Source: Antedon mediterranea
Taxonomy: Eukaryota; Animalia; Echinodermata
Direction of reading: 5' to 3'
NCBI RefSeq assembly: GCF_964355755.1
Contig: NC_092671.1
Location: forward strand, 24,316,070-24,380,069
DNA: 64,000 nt
In this document: one piece after another, positions 13,501-25,709 of the stretch
Numbering within the stretch: position 1 is the first letter of the stretch
How the letters are laid out: every line of letters starts with the position of its first letter
The notes under the pieces: generated by a model
Told to the model about the DNA's origin: nothing
Seen by the model: the letters and a program-made list of their open reading frames with translations, nothing else
Databases searched by the model: none
Made by a program: the position numbers and the translations under genes

Positions 13501-15223
13501 AAAAGTAATTTAGTGTAAATTTTTAGTCTAGATTTTATGTAATTTTGATTTAATGTTATTAGACAATAACTGAAGGAATTAGAAAATAAAATACATTTTT
13601 TCTAACAATAATTTATTTGTAGAGAACATCTTGGAGTCCTCCTTGAGCAATCAGATGTTGGGGTTAATGACCCAGTATCAGACCATTTCTACAAAGGTGT
13701 ATGGATGAACATAGCAGCTAGTAATACACAGATCTACCAACAGGTTTGATAAAGTTTTGCTTACAGTATTTCACACATCATCATCAAACACAACATCAAC
13801 TCCATCCACATCATTGTAGACAAAATCTACAAATAACAAAGATTTGAAATTACGATTCATATTTTCAATTGCTTTAAGAACATGCAATATAAATGTGGGT
13901 ATCCACTCATCCCAACAGCCATTCGATATTATAAATAATTGATGGATTTTGCATATCTTACAAAAAATGTGTGGAGTATAATTCATTTCCGTTTATGAGC
14001 AAAGACTTTGATTTAAAAAAGGAAGTAGTTAGGATGGTGTTAATGTAAATCATTTCAATTGTGTGTATACGGCATCAATTGTGCATTCTGATGTTGAAAA
14101 GAATGAGCCTAATCCAGGTAAAGGGAAATGAATATGCATCATTAAAAAATGAAAATGTTTTTGTTTCTTTTTAAGTAAGCTAAACCTTATGAAAACTTAC
14201 TTTAGATAAGTATGTGTATATTCTTTTGCTTTTAATGTGTATATTTTTATAATTGGTTAGTCCTAAAGCCATACTTATAGTTTGGTTGAATTATGCAGGG
14301 TCCACAGGTAAAAAGCTTCTCCATTTTACTTCATGTGTTTAATATTGAAAATAATAGTCAGAATCTACTAAAGAATAAAGCAGCAAAAGAGATTGATACA
14401 ATAAATGGCTGAATGAGTGATTGATTATTATTTAGTTAATAATTCCTGGCTTTTGACCTTAAGTAAATAATTTAGATCCAATAGACATTTAATTGCTTTA
14501 TCTTTTTCAACTACACTAGACAACTTAATTTATTTCAGGAAAAGGAAATAATTTAAGTTAACTGCAGTTTTCTATTATGATAAAACATTAATATATATAT
14601 CCATTTTGACTTATTTATACATTTTTATGTTTGTGTCTGGATTTGCTGGAATTCATAACTATCAGATATATTTCAATGCTCTTTTCCTATAGTATATTGG
14701 TTTGTGTCATTATAATTATTCTGATTCTTGAAATTAATATTATTATCAATATTTTAAATCACTTTTGTTGGAATGATTTTTCCGATTTTGACAACTATTT
14801 CTACCTATTATTTTCGCCAAATTTGGTGATGTATTTCAAGTTGGCAATCGTCGACAGACAACTTTACAAAAGCAAATTCAATCATTATCTTAAAAATTCT
14901 ATTAAAGTTACATTATCATTTCTTTGTTAAAAACATTGTTTCGAATTTATTAAAACAGTAAAGAAAAATTAATTTAATGTCATTATTTTTTTTAGGTGTT
15001 TCGTTGCTTACCCGATGACTCATGTCACACATTTGAAGACCTTAAAGCTTATAAACAAGAGGGTGCAGGATTGAGTGTAACAAATATTGAAGAAGCAAGG
15101 CGGTTACTTAACAAAGTGTGTGGTTTCCTAGTGCTGACACCACTTCAATTTCTTTGCAACTCAAATCTTAACCCAACAATAACTACACAAGAAGGTATAG
15201 CACCAACTAAGTTATGGACGTAA
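1482..15223 (+). CDS. PLD1: Phospholipase D1/2-type gene, 3' part (13 coding exons; PX/PH-coding 5' exons lie upstream of the window)
   Basis: GT-AG exons 1482-1565, 4800-4881, 5761-5871, 6904-7101, 7270-7510, 7845-7963, 9960-10070, 10308-10418, 10965-11053, 12861-13027, 13208-13493, 13623-13743, 14996-15223 splice in frame. Translation gives [19 protein letters not shown]1 (HHEKLVAID), [25 protein letters not shown]2 ([11 protein letters not shown]...GSANINDRS) and C-terminal PTKLWT (human PLD1 ends PMEVWT). An invertebrate gene is likely co-orthologous to PLD1 and PLD2. Confidence 0.96.
2480..3200 (-). pseudogene. Decayed hAT transposase (PRKRIR/ZMYM1-like) inside a PLD intron
   Basis: Frameshifted minus-strand translation gives [16 protein letters not shown] (TTF-type zinc finger), QPFIKW...[20 protein letters not shown] and, after a large deletion, [25 protein letters not shown]. 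Termini not located. Confidence 0.75.
4800..4881 (+). CDS. PLD1: PLD exon: [27 protein letters not shown]
   Basis: ttcag| ... |gtaagt; phase 2 to 0, continuous with neighbours. Confidence 0.93.
5761..5871 (+). CDS. PLD1: PLD exon: [37 protein letters not shown]
   Basis: ctag| ... |gtaaat; conserved [12 protein letters not shown]. Confidence 0.93.
6904..7101 (+). CDS. PLD1: PLD exon with first HKD motif ([11 protein letters not shown]...[11 protein letters not shown])
   Basis: acag| ... |gtaaat; overlaps ORF 6967..7152. Confidence 0.96.
7270..7510 (+). CDS. PLD1: PLD exon: loop region to [14 protein letters not shown]
   Basis: Poly-T tract and tatag| acceptor (alternative in-frame acceptor at 7275), |gtaatt donor. 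Confidence 0.9.
7845..7963 (+). CDS. PLD1: PLD exon: [39 protein letters not shown]
   Basis: aaag| ... |gtaaga; PRMPWHD and RHFIQRWN motifs. Confidence 0.95.
8280..8560 (+). mobile_element. LINE ORF2 C-terminal fragment (Rex1/Babar-like)
   Basis: [13 protein letters not shown]...ILQDLNHPL...F..LRSGR and NSFYPDAI match the typical Rex/Babar C-terminus. Confidence 0.7.
9083..9202. repeat. Approximately 120-bp palindrome (non-autonomous palindromic element, possibly Crypton-type)
   Basis: CAAATAATGGCAT..GGTGAATAATGAAAGGTTATATTTCAACT pairs with AGTTGAAATA(cagta)TAACCTTTCATCATTCACC..ATGCCATTATTTG around CGAGGCAAAGCCAAG. Confidence 0.75.
9960..10070 (+). CDS. PLD1: PLD exon: [17 protein letters not shown]...HCKCQ
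   Basis: ccttag| ... |gtatag; Y.LL.PKS motif; 111 nt, phase 0/0. Confidence 0.88.
10308..10418 (+). CDS. PLD1: PLD exon: [11 protein letters not shown]...AEHYIYIE
   Basis: ttcag| ... |gtgtaa; conserved LRS...WS.G and HYIYIE. Confidence 0.95.
10480..10750 (-). mobile_element. Decayed SINE with Nin/Deu-like core domain
   Basis: Reverse complement GTCTTCTCAAATAAGTACTATAAACCGTAGGT...GCACTTTAAAAAACCCCAG...GAGTAGGG resembles the Nin/Deu SINE core as I recall it; boundaries approximate. Confidence 0.5.
10965..11053 (+). CDS. PLD1: PLD exon: [29 protein letters not shown](R)
   Basis: acag| ... |gtatga; completes IYIENQFF. Confidence 0.94.
12335..12680 (+). mobile_element. 5'-truncated LINE 3' end
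   Basis: Translates [44 protein letters not shown], followed by a 3' UTR, AATAAA and an (ATGAA)n tail. Confidence 0.7.
12861..13027 (+). CDS. PLD1: PLD exon: [20 protein letters not shown]...[10 protein letters not shown]
   Basis: ttaag| ... |gtaagt; FRVYVV.PLLP.F.G motif. Confidence 0.94.
13208..13493 (+). CDS. PLD1: PLD exon with second HKD motif ([11 protein letters not shown]...GSANINDRS)
   Basis: catag| ... |gtaagt; within ORF 13171..13497. Confidence 0.97.
13623..13743 (+). CDS. PLD1: PLD exon: EHLGVLL...[25 protein letters not shown]
   Basis: tgtag| ... |gtttga; EHLG and DP.SD.F...W motifs. Confidence 0.93.
14996..15223 (+). CDS. PLD1: PLD last coding exon: VFRCLPDD...[10 protein letters not shown]
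   Basis: tttag| acceptor, TAA stop at 15221-15223; candidate AATAAA at 15356 and further downstream. Confidence 0.95.
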   Translation: MFRCLPDDSCHTFEDLKAYKQEGAGLSVTNIEEARRLLNKVCGFLVLTPLQFLCNSNLNPTITTQEGIAPTKLWT

Positions 15224-17021
15224 CTTACAGACAGGTGTGCACATCTTTTACATAGTATGCAATTTTATTTTATTTTTTATTTTATTTTATTTTAATATTG
15301 TATAATATACAGCTTTAAAAATGAATATTTCAAGCAATATTTAATATTAATCTGAAATAAATACATTTTATAGTTACAAATGTAAATATAAACAAGTTAT
15401 GTTTATGTGGACGTTTTATTCCAGCAACTTTTATATAGCACTACTATGTCCATTCATTGTTTACTGTATTGTATTATTATTCAGTGCATTCATTTATATT
15501 CCAATGTGTAAGAGTGGATATCACTGTATGTTGCATTGATATTTATTGTATAGTTGCAGAATACAACAAATATAGCCTTACAGCATTACATGTTTCCTGT
15601 ATATTACAGTACTTGCTAACAAAATTTGCCAATTAGAATCTCACCTGTTGTTTTTATTGTTATTTTAAGATTGTTTTTTAAGATTTTTAATATTTATGGC
15701 TATAAAGAGTTTACTTTACTTTCTTAGCTTACTTGTATTTATTTGGCCTTTAATACAGGCAAGAACTAATTGTGAACTTTGCACTACATTTTACATAATC
15801 AAAACTATATGCATGCAATATTTTATACTCATTGGATGACAATTTTGTATAGATTAAAAAAATAATAAGATATATTGATATTGAGAAATGAAAGATTATT
15901 ACAATGGAATGAAAGGATTCTGGAAAGAAAGGAAACATGAAAGTGAATAAATGCTACAGTAATAAGAAAGTGATCAATTAGGAAGAAAATAGTAGGTTAT
16001 CTAGAAAGAGTGTAAAATCATGCTACAGAAAGTGAACATATTTGTAAGTAAAAATATTCTAGAAAAAAAAAGAAGTAAAAGTAGGCCTATGCTATAAAGA
16101 AGTAAGCAGTTGTAGAAAGAAAGTTAACATGTGTTTTAGAAAGAAAATAAACATTTGTTAGAAAAAAATGAATATTTGTTTATAAGGACGTCTTCGTTGT
16201 TTGAGAGAATGTGAAGAAATTAGTGAGAATTTGTTAAAAATTTTAGGTGAATGGTTTTTTTTTTTGAAGTTTAAATTGCATTCCTTTTCCAACATAGAGA
16301 TAATTGAACTATGTTCGTTATTATTATTTTATATATACTGTAGGCCTGTTATAAATAAAATAAGCTTACACCACGTTATGATGAAAGATTCCATTTTAAC
16401 CCAATAAATTTGAAATATTGTACATTTGTTTTTGATTTATTTGGAAGTGTTGCTTATTATTTTTACAGATTAAAACATGACTCTTGCGGAGTATTGGTTT
16501 AAGTTTTTATTTAATACTAACTGTTTCTAAGGTATAATAACTGACAATGTCATGCCGAGACATGTTCTTAAACATGTAGTTTATCGGCACCAGGACAATA
16601 ACGATCGACGTTAACTAGATAAATATAATGCATTTTTATTACATAAAAAAAATAAAATTAGAAAGTTTTTTTTAATTCTAGAACTATTAGGATAACCATT
16701 TTTGCTGTCTTTATGAAAATAATATTTAGTTTCTGTGATTAGTAATTTAACACCACTAGGGTATAGTTTTAAGAATGTTCCTAGAGTTGCTAGGTGGTGT
16801 TTGAATTCTTTTATAAAACTAATATAATTGTAAATATTATCATTCTCTTCATTTGAAGCCATCCATTCATGTTCCGATTTCATCGAACATTTACCGACCG
16901 CCTGGTTTGTCTTTTGCTGAATTTCTCGATGATTTCGATAGTTTAGTATATGAGTACCTTTTTTACTCGTACTGAATTCAGAGTCGAGTCAGTAACTTTA
17001 CTTACTCGACTCTGTAACACA

Positions 17022-17250
17022 CTGCCCATCTCAATTCGCCCATCTAACTTGGATTCGTTAAAAAAATTATTAAAAACTCATCTTTTTGCCCAGGCTTATA
17101 TTGCCTTTTTCTTTCCATTTTAAATGTTAAATTTGATTGTGCATTTAATCTGAGGTGATTGCATATTTAATCTGAGGTGATTGCATACTATAAGCATTCA
17201 AAAGCACCTTTGGTGGCGAAGTACGCTCTAGAAATCTGTATTATTATTGC
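17022..17250 (+). mobile_element. L2-like LINE 3' end
   Basis: LPISIR...KKLLKTHLFAQAY followed by a UTR ending CGCTCTAGAAAT..(TAT)n. Confidence 0.6.
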
Positions 17251-18124
17251 TGTTGTTGTTGATCATGACGTCGTTTCAAAAAAAATTATCGCAGAAAGCA
17301 TAAATGATTATGCTATAGTAATAGAAAACTTTTATCATAATTTACTTTAGAAAAAAATAGGTTGTCTTAGTAATTTTTGTAAACACCTATAACGTACATC
17401 TGTTATATATTGTGCTCAGGGAATAAATTCTAACACTAAGTATTTCACTAAGAAATTAGACCATGTGCTAATGTTCAGCCATCTTCTAGAACTCCTTTAT
17501 TAGTCTCCAATCCAGTCCTTATATTGCTAATATGAATATATTACACCATCCACAGATGTAGCCAGATTAAATTCACCCTATCATTTGCATGGAAACATGT
17601 TCCAAAACAAATCTTTGAATTAATATAAAAAAAAAGGAAATTTTATTGAAATAAACACAATTAAATACTCATTTAAGATGACGTCATACATTGCAATATT
17701 TGTGTGTTTGTGTTTAACAATTGCAATGACAAAGTGGTAAGGCCAATAATAGGCGAGAGTATATTATCAGTTTCTCATTAAATAACCATCTGTTGAATTT
17801 TATGTTCTTCATACCTCGTTAGAAATTTCCTATTATAGGTCTACTTATTTTGGTTAATTAACGTTTTCCAAATTTTATATTAGAGAATTATTAGATCTTT
17901 GCCAACAACACACGATTAATATTGACTGTTATGTGGCGAAATGGCGATGAGACTTTCCGTATTCTCTGTCCTCTACAGATTGTCTCTAAATTTGAAAATA
18001 TCTCAGCCGTCTTACCAGGACTTACTATAGTTTACTCCACAACCATGGGCATCTATTCCTTTTTATTATACTTATCAATTAAACGTATATCTATGTAATC
18101 CATTTGTTATGGTTGGTGTACATG

Positions 18125-18892
18125 TTTTTAGTCGCGTGGAAGCGACTCTATAGTTCACTATGTCGGTCGGTCGGTCGGTCTGTCTGTCTGTCGGTTCGGT
18201 ATCACTATGCGTTTTATTGCTTTTCTGTACTTTTTGAACTGTTTTGATGTCAACATGTGGGCATTTACGTGAAATTGTGCTATTGTAAATGACGTTAGAG
18301 TTGCGCAACGTGATTTACGCGCGATTTAACGATTTTCTCGTATTTAACATAGGTCAAAAACCAAATAACATTTTAAATTGAAACTTTGCAAAAGTTTAAT
18401 TTCTATCAGGCGCTAACTTTCTGTTAAAAAAAAATGTGTTTTACACAAAGTTACGCGCGCACGCGCATTTAAAATTTTAAAATGCGCAAAAATTAATTTT
18501 TAATCAACTTTCTACGCGTTTCTTGTCATTTTGAGCATGTCAAAAACTCCCATACGCGTGCAAATTTTTACGCGCTCGGTGCGCACGTAGCGCTAAATAC
18601 ATACTTTTTTTGCGTGATTTATGTTTTTGCAGCCTTTTCTAATAATTTTACCAACTTTAAACAATTTCGACTTAAAATTACGTCATACGAGCACGTCGAA
18701 TTGGATAATTTGCGCACGTTTTTGATGAAAAAGTTCAAAAATTCGTCAAAATTATGCCTTTTTAGTCGCGTGGACGTGACTCTATAGTTCACTATGTCGG
18801 TCGGTCTGTCTGTTGGTCTGTCGGTCGGTCTGTCTGTCGGTCCGGTATCACTATGCATTGTAGCACGCGACTTAATGGCTGTTGGCCTTGTT
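18125..18892 (+). mobile_element. Helentron-associated (DINE-1/HINE-like) element, composite
   Basis: TTTTT-AGTCGCGTG subTIR with short IR, (GTCG/GTCT)n microsatellite, second 5' module at 18759, 3' CACGCGACT plus stem-loop and TT. Reverse-complement relative at 27697-28496. Confidence 0.75.
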
Positions 18893-21800
18893 TAACTTCG
18901 TATAGAGTAATGAAAATGTAACATTAACATTATCACTTATAGCGCATGTACAGTTTTATCTAAATTGTTAATGTTACTTGGCAAATTGTTCCAGATTCTT
19001 GGTACAGCAACACTGACTTCAGTTCAGCATGTTAGTTTAAAATAACAATAAACAATATTACTAAAGCTAATTATTATAGGCAGCATTTGTCACCCTTTTT
19101 CCCTCTACTTCATATTGTTTGCCAAGTTTGAATTTTTGCTTTTATTTGATACCATAAGGAACATTTTTTAAAGTGGTGTCCAAATTTTTAACGCATTTTC
19201 ACCTGTTGGGCGCTTTTAAATTTCCACATATGTTGTGACCCCCTTATATCTTGGCAACCGTATACATTCAATTTAGTTTCAAACATCTAACCTCTTAATA
19301 ATAATTATATCTTAATAACTGCTGGTCATAAAACTTTAAAATTAATCTTAAATTGTTCATAAGGTATATTTTGTCTATTTGGTCTAATAAAGAATGTTGA
19401 CAACAAATCAACATCGGCACCAGGACGATAACGATCGACGTTAACTAGATAAATATAATATGCATTTCTATTACATAAAACAAATACAATTAAAATTATT
19501 TACACGTCCAATTGAATGACGTCATGATTAGTAAGAGCATGGAGTAATCATGACGTCATATAGCGCCTAATGTTGTGAAACCTCTAAGCGCTGAACATTA
19601 TTACCACAGTCATTTTTCCTGATCAAACACGTTTGGAAATATACTCCCATAATGCAGCTAGTAATCAGCGCAAAGTTGTGTCTTGATCTAATATTTATTA
19701 TTAGAAGAAAAAATAAATAAAGAAATAAAATGCATATTCTATTTGTCCTAGTAAATGTGTTTCTGGACAATTTACTTTATATTTCTTTTTTTTTGTAAAC
19801 ACTGTAGGCCTATGTGAAAAGTGAAAATGGACGAGGACATGACTCCAGAACCAGACGATGTTGAGGTTATTTTGTATTAAGATGATGAATGAACACAAAC
19901 TTTGAATAGGCCATTTTTCAAAAATAATTCTTTCACTTATAAAAAGACAAAATAAGCAACCAAAAACTTGTTTTCTGACAGACAATTGGTTTTCTTTTCT
20001 TTAAGTACAATTTTTTATCAAACTTTTAATCAAAGTGGACAAAATATTTTAATTACATAGGCCTAATGTAAATGTAACTTATTAGGCCTAAAGTTATTAA
20101 AGCTTGAAAATAAGCAAATAATAGGAGTAAGAAAAAATGTTTAGGCCTATTATTATTCTGTAAACGCTTTCTTTAGTTTTACATTCAATTGTTTAATATT
20201 TAGGTTACAGGTCTCCATCCAATTAACGACCACTTTTTAAATCCAGATTTTAGTGGTCTTTAGTATAGCCTTTGCTGGCCTTTGTCTCTGATTCGATTCC
20301 TCCAGCTCAAGATCGGCGCTAGAAGTGGTCAATTAAATTACCTAATTTAAAAAAGAATATAGGCCTACCATTATAGAGCCGAATAACGGGAGATGGTTGT
20401 AGCATAACAACTAAAACGTTGAGACATTCTCAACCATACTTTTCTTTTTATAGTGTATTTGACATACAAATCTTTAATATAAACAATCAAACAAAATATA
20501 GATTGATTATTTAAAATATTTAACAATTTGGATTAGGCCTAGGGCCTATAGGCCTATATTCAAATTTGTTCAAGTCACAAAATAAAGTCTTTAGGCCTAA
20601 ACGCCAAATAACCACAATGAAAATATGTTATGTTAAATGTGTCAGAAAAAATATATTTTTCTAGTCATTTTAGAAGATTTTAGACCAAAAACTGCATATT
20701 ATGAACAATTTCGCAGTGTGTTATGAACAATTTGAGACATTCTAGAGTAAGCGGTTGTCGCGTTATATGATATAGGCAGCCATTTTGAAAAAGCGCCCTC
20801 ATTCGGTACAAATGCATCTAAAAGCTGGACACAAAGTAGAAATTTGTTGTTTATGATGTCATTGACCACATGAAAGTGAAAAACCAAATTTGGCAAAATT
20901 GCACCAAGTAGGCCTAAAATACAAATGCTGCCTGACTAAATCTAATTTTCTTTCGCTTGTAACACGGAGAAATCCACTTTCCTTTGGTAATAATAGGTTA
21001 ATATATGTTGCTTGCCTTTATAGTGATCCTCCTCAATTGCTACAACCGAGAGGAGGGAATTGTCTACATCATGAATGTTATTATATAATGAATATGTTTA
21101 ATGACTTCGCCGAATACGAAAATGAAAATCAGCCGCGATGTTATAGGCCTAACAGATTGGAAAAGAAGTTATAAAGAGTAATGATTAACTTGTACCACTA
21201 AATTTATAATTTTTGATAAAATATTGCATAGCTTAGAAAACAATATTTAGAATTATTAATGAAACGCAATTTAAGTGATTTTAATTGAAAACAAAGCTTG
21301 TAAATGTTACTGTAATCAATCCTTTCATATCCAATGTACTGTACTATGTAGGACATTAATTCAGGTCGCTTTCTAATCTATTTTGCTTTATTGTTGATTT
21401 TTACATTTCCACATATGACGTCACGTTTTGTATAAACTTCCCACCTTCTCCGTCATCTAAAATAATTTTAATCTTGTGGAGGAAACAAAACATTATTTTA
21501 TCAATTTATTAAAGACAATTTACAAAGTTCTATTACCGCACGGATAAGCAATTCTGATTGTATTTTTAAAATTTTCCCTTTTAATTTTGTGATGATGTAT
21601 GTTGTTATTGATGATGTATATATTTTTTTATGGGATATTATGTTGTATAAATGTCGCTTAATAGTTAAACAAAATAAGAAAGGAAACAAAAACAGCAACT
21701 TCTGTTGCAAAGAACGGTTTTTGCATAGGCAATCTAGCATTTTTAGTGAAACAAATTTAAAAAGAGATTTTAAATGGTCACAACATGATAAGATCAACAC

Positions 21801-22599
21801 TAGAGCATCACGCCTATGTCACTCGTTTTACACAGACCAAAAAAATGTACATATTTATATATAAGCCTATATCGGTATCTTTATTTAACAAAAGACATGG
21901 ACATATATAAAAATAGAAAGGCAGCACAAGTGCTGAATTGACGTATTCTTTACACAAAAAAGAGAATAAAAATTTACACAATTGAAATATAGAAAAGGTA
22001 GAATGTATATAAATATATATTATATATGTCAAAAAAAAAGGTTCCAATTGTTGAACTCCAATATTTAGTTGTTTACTTACTACTTTTTTCTAATAATTTC
22101 ATTCAGTAGAGGACAGGACTATTAACCGAGATTTACATCATGAATGCTATTATATAATGAACATGTTTAATGAATTTGCCGAATACGAAAATGTAAATCG
22201 GCCGCGATGTTATAACAGATTAGAAAAGAAGTTATACAGATTTATGATTAACCTGTACCGCTAAATGTATAATTTTTGATAAAATATTGCATATCTTAGA
22301 AAACAATATTTAGAATTATTAATGAAACGCAATTTAAGTGATTTTAATTGAAAACAAAGCTTGTAAATGTTATCAATCTTTATTAGTTCATCATATTTTT
22401 CAATTTGAATTGAAATTGACTGTAATCAACCTGTCATATAAATATATATATATGTCAATAAAAAAATAGGTTCCAATTTTTAAACTCCAACATTTAGTTG
22501 TTTACTTACTACTTTTTTCTAATAATTTCATTAAGTAGAGAACAAGTCTATTATTAAATCTTTTAGTTTTTGCGACAGGGATTTTGTATTTCCTTTTAT

Positions 22600-23160
22600 T
22601 CCTAAGTTACATTGATGAAACATTTGTTGATTTTGGTAGCCAGTGATTAAAACATTCATTTTTTATAACTTTTTTGCAAAATTATGCACAGGTTTCCCCT
22701 GCGTTGATAAATGTTCTCTAAATTTAATTCTATTATTGCCTGTTGGTGTGGTTATGATAGTTTTTGGCAAGATACATTTCTGCACCCTTTCAAGCAAACA
22801 TGGAGTTTTACAGAAAGCCCACAGGGGCAGCATATTCTAAAGTAGGGCGAATATAGCCCAAGTAAACACTTAATAATTCTTTATTGTTAAAACCAGATTC
22901 TTTTAATTTTCTTATCATAAACGTTTTTTAATTTGATTTTTTTATCATTTGGTCTACGTTGCTATCCCAAGCTCATCACTTAACACGACACCTAGTAATT
23001 TGACATGGCTAACAATCGGTAGAAAAAAATTAGAAATGTGAAAATTTGTGTTTGAAATATTGGTACGACCAAAATAAATGTGCATGGTACTTGGAGGGGT
23101 TCAGCGCACGTTTATTGTTGGTTGGCCAATCCAATTATATTTTCTCTAATGAAACATTAT
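22600..23160 (-). mobile_element. Decayed CR1/L2-group LINE ORF2 fragment
   Basis: Minus strand: ALNPSKY, HVKLLGVVLSDEL, ELLSVYLGYIRPTLEYAAPV, LERVQK. Confidence 0.7.
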
Positions 23161-23945
23161 AACGAAAAAATGACCGGCATATAAAATGCGACTAAAATGT
23201 CTGTATCCAATCAAATTACTCGGTATACAAGTTTCTAATAGCCAGCATAGGACTGTTCAGTAATTCCAAAATTACACATTTGTCACGCTCCTTGTATGGT
23301 GGAAAAGTTACATAAAATGTGAAAATAAGGGGTGAAGTTACAATTCGAAAAACCACTAATTAGAGAGTTGATTTTTACAGACTTATTGAGAATGTACATA
23401 AATGTAGTTATACTCTAATGAATTTGACGAAAAATTGGCCGAAAGTCGACATTTATCAATATTGCATAATGCGATTGAGAACTTAAGTTGAAGGTCAAAT
23501 GTCGTACTTCCGGTAATTTTTTCATAAAAATGTTTCATTAGCGCAAATAAAAATATTTATAAGTTATTAAGATAAAGTAAACCTTTAATTCCACCAAGGT
23601 GGCATATTTATGCTAATTTGCATACCATCTGGATGTGATGCTTAAATTTTGATTTTTTATATGTGACCATTTAAAAAAGAAAATGAAATTTGTTTCATTT
23701 TGGGCTGTTTTTTTAAGCCAGATTACCTATCTTAATATGTTACAAGGATATTTTATTCCTACAAAAGTGTACTGAATTTGAAATAAATGTGAGTGTTAAT
23801 CACAAAAGAAAAAAAATTGAAACGAAAGGTGTAAGTATTTTAACTGATAGATCACGGCCAAGATTATTACAACCCCATGTAGATACAGGATTTTGAAATA
23901 TGTATTATTGGGGTTCTTCCACCCGTCCCTCCTAAACAAAGGTAA

Positions 23946-24433
23946 TTACCTCCGCCAAGGAGGTTATGTTTGTGTGTGTGTGTCTGTGAACAGCCTGGAG
24001 GCCACAGTTTTCATCCGATTTTCACCAAATTTGGCCACAATGATCTATGCCCCAAAAGCGAGTTCGATTTGGAGAGGGAAAAGGTCATAGGTTATGGTCA
24101 CAACTAAAAAAACACTATTTTACTGCCTAGAGACCACAGTTTTTATCCGATTCTCACCAAACGTAGCCACAATGATCAATGACTCATCATATAATTGTGT
24201 TTAAATTTTGAAGGGTCAGGGTCAAAGATCAAGGTCCACAAAAAAAAAAAAACTTAATGGGACTTGAACCAGCGATCTCAACTGTGACAGGCTGGATACA
24301 TAACCATTACACCAAACTCTCATTCACAATTGTAGTGTGCAGTAAGCCTATTTACACTTATAACCAATGAACATTTTATGTAGGGAAATTTTACAGTAGG
24401 CGGAGGTTTGTACTCTCGGAGTACCCTCTAGTT
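23946..24433 (+). mobile_element. Non-autonomous Helitron2/Helentron-type element
   Basis: 5' TTACCTCCGCCAAGGAGGTTATG plus (TG)n; 3' GGCGGAGGT subTIR, stem-loop GTACTCTCGGAGTAC and CTAGTT; duplicated internal CCACAGTTTT..CCGATT.TCACCAAA module. Confidence 0.75.
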
Positions 24434-24879
24434 ATAATTATAATCATATACTTCCTAATCAATAAAATATTGTTATCACTAAGCTAGCAATTATTTTTGG
24501 TACCCACCGTTTACTTTTATGAAGAAATTATGATGGAATTAATTTGATATCAATACTGTGACGTGATGATGATGATATAGATATTGTTGTTATTATTATA
24601 GTGAACTCTATGGTATAACTATAACGACGATTAAGTCAGTTTAGGTACATTTTACAGGAAAACAGTTTATTATTGTTATTGTTTATATATATTTGCCATT
24701 TAAATTGGTTATTAAATTTCGTGTTTGTGATTTTGTATCGGCCTTATAATATGAATATGGTCATTCTTTGTTATTCTTCACCTTCAGCGAATTGGGTTAC
24801 AGCTGAAGCGCTGTGCGCATACACATATTCGAGAGTATATATGAGAGTTATAGTCAGTGTATCACATAAAGACAAACGT

Positions 24880-24887
24880 TATAAATA
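24880..24887 (+). promoter_or_regulatory. Candidate TATA box (TATAAATA) of the relaxin-like peptide gene
   Basis: About 100 bp upstream of ATGGAAG|gtaagt; CRE-like GCACGTCA at 24911-24918. Short motif in AT-rich DNA, supported only by position. Confidence 0.4.
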
Positions 24888-24978
24888 AAAACTAAGTTTA
24901 CAACTGAAACGCACGTCAAAATCACGAGGCGCCGTTTACTCTTTCAATTAGGTATATCGGTATTGGTGGTACAGTAAT

Positions 24979-24985
24979 ATGGAAG
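24979..24985 (+). CDS. Putative first coding micro-exon (M-E-G) of the relaxin-like peptide precursor
   Basis: ATG GAA G|GTAAGT is a consensus phase-1 donor. The exon at 39013 has a phase-1 acceptor and no in-frame ATG of its own; joining gives MEGQKSKILFVLILISFGLC. Confidence 0.6.
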
Positions 24986-25542
24986 GTAAGTAGTAGTTTA
25001 AGTTTAGGCGCGTCTAAATCAAACAATTATCTTATCTAACTGCTAACACTGACAGTCATATTAATAATAATTTATATTATTACTTTTCAGGAGATACTAA
25101 ATTTTAATGTTCATATTCTAATTACAGTGTTAACAAATAGGCCTAGTAACAACAAGTACAGGAGAGAAGAATTTCTTTTCTTCGTTTGGAATTATAGCTA
25201 ACTGATGACGCAGGGTGTTTTGAATTGACATGCCTAACTTATGTTGTAATCGTTTAAAAAATAAGACAACACAAATATCCCGTATGTTTTAAAATTGGTT
25301 AATTAATTAATTAATTAATTAATTACATAACGTACATTGATTTCATTATCTGTTCTAGACCATGCGCTTTAAAAAAATCTGTGAAATTATAAATTAAACT
25401 CTTATTCTATTTTTAATAAAGAGCTTTAGTGCGACTGGGCGTGAATGATTTATTAAAGATATGACAATAATATTGATTGAAACTGAACCTGAAATGAGTT
25501 TTTTTCAACACACTTAAAGAGAAAGAAAGAAAGAAAGAAAGA

Positions 25543-25667
25543 AATTAAATTTCAGTATTTCACTGGGCGGTTTAGAATTAATGTTCTGTGCCTGATTTGT
25601 TTATATATATATTATATATATAGATCATGTTCCGAATATGAGCACTGTTTCTATAATTTACAGTATG

Positions 25668-25709
<42 letters not shown>

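Noticed and set aside
19517-19560. Paired TGACGTCA (CRE) sites as an enhancer
   Set aside because: ATGACGTCA words are common in repeats, and these follow a duplicated segment; no independent support.
20210-20342. Possible minus-strand exon between the two genes
   Set aside because: It has AG/GT-like edges but stops in all frames I tried and no recognisable protein motif.
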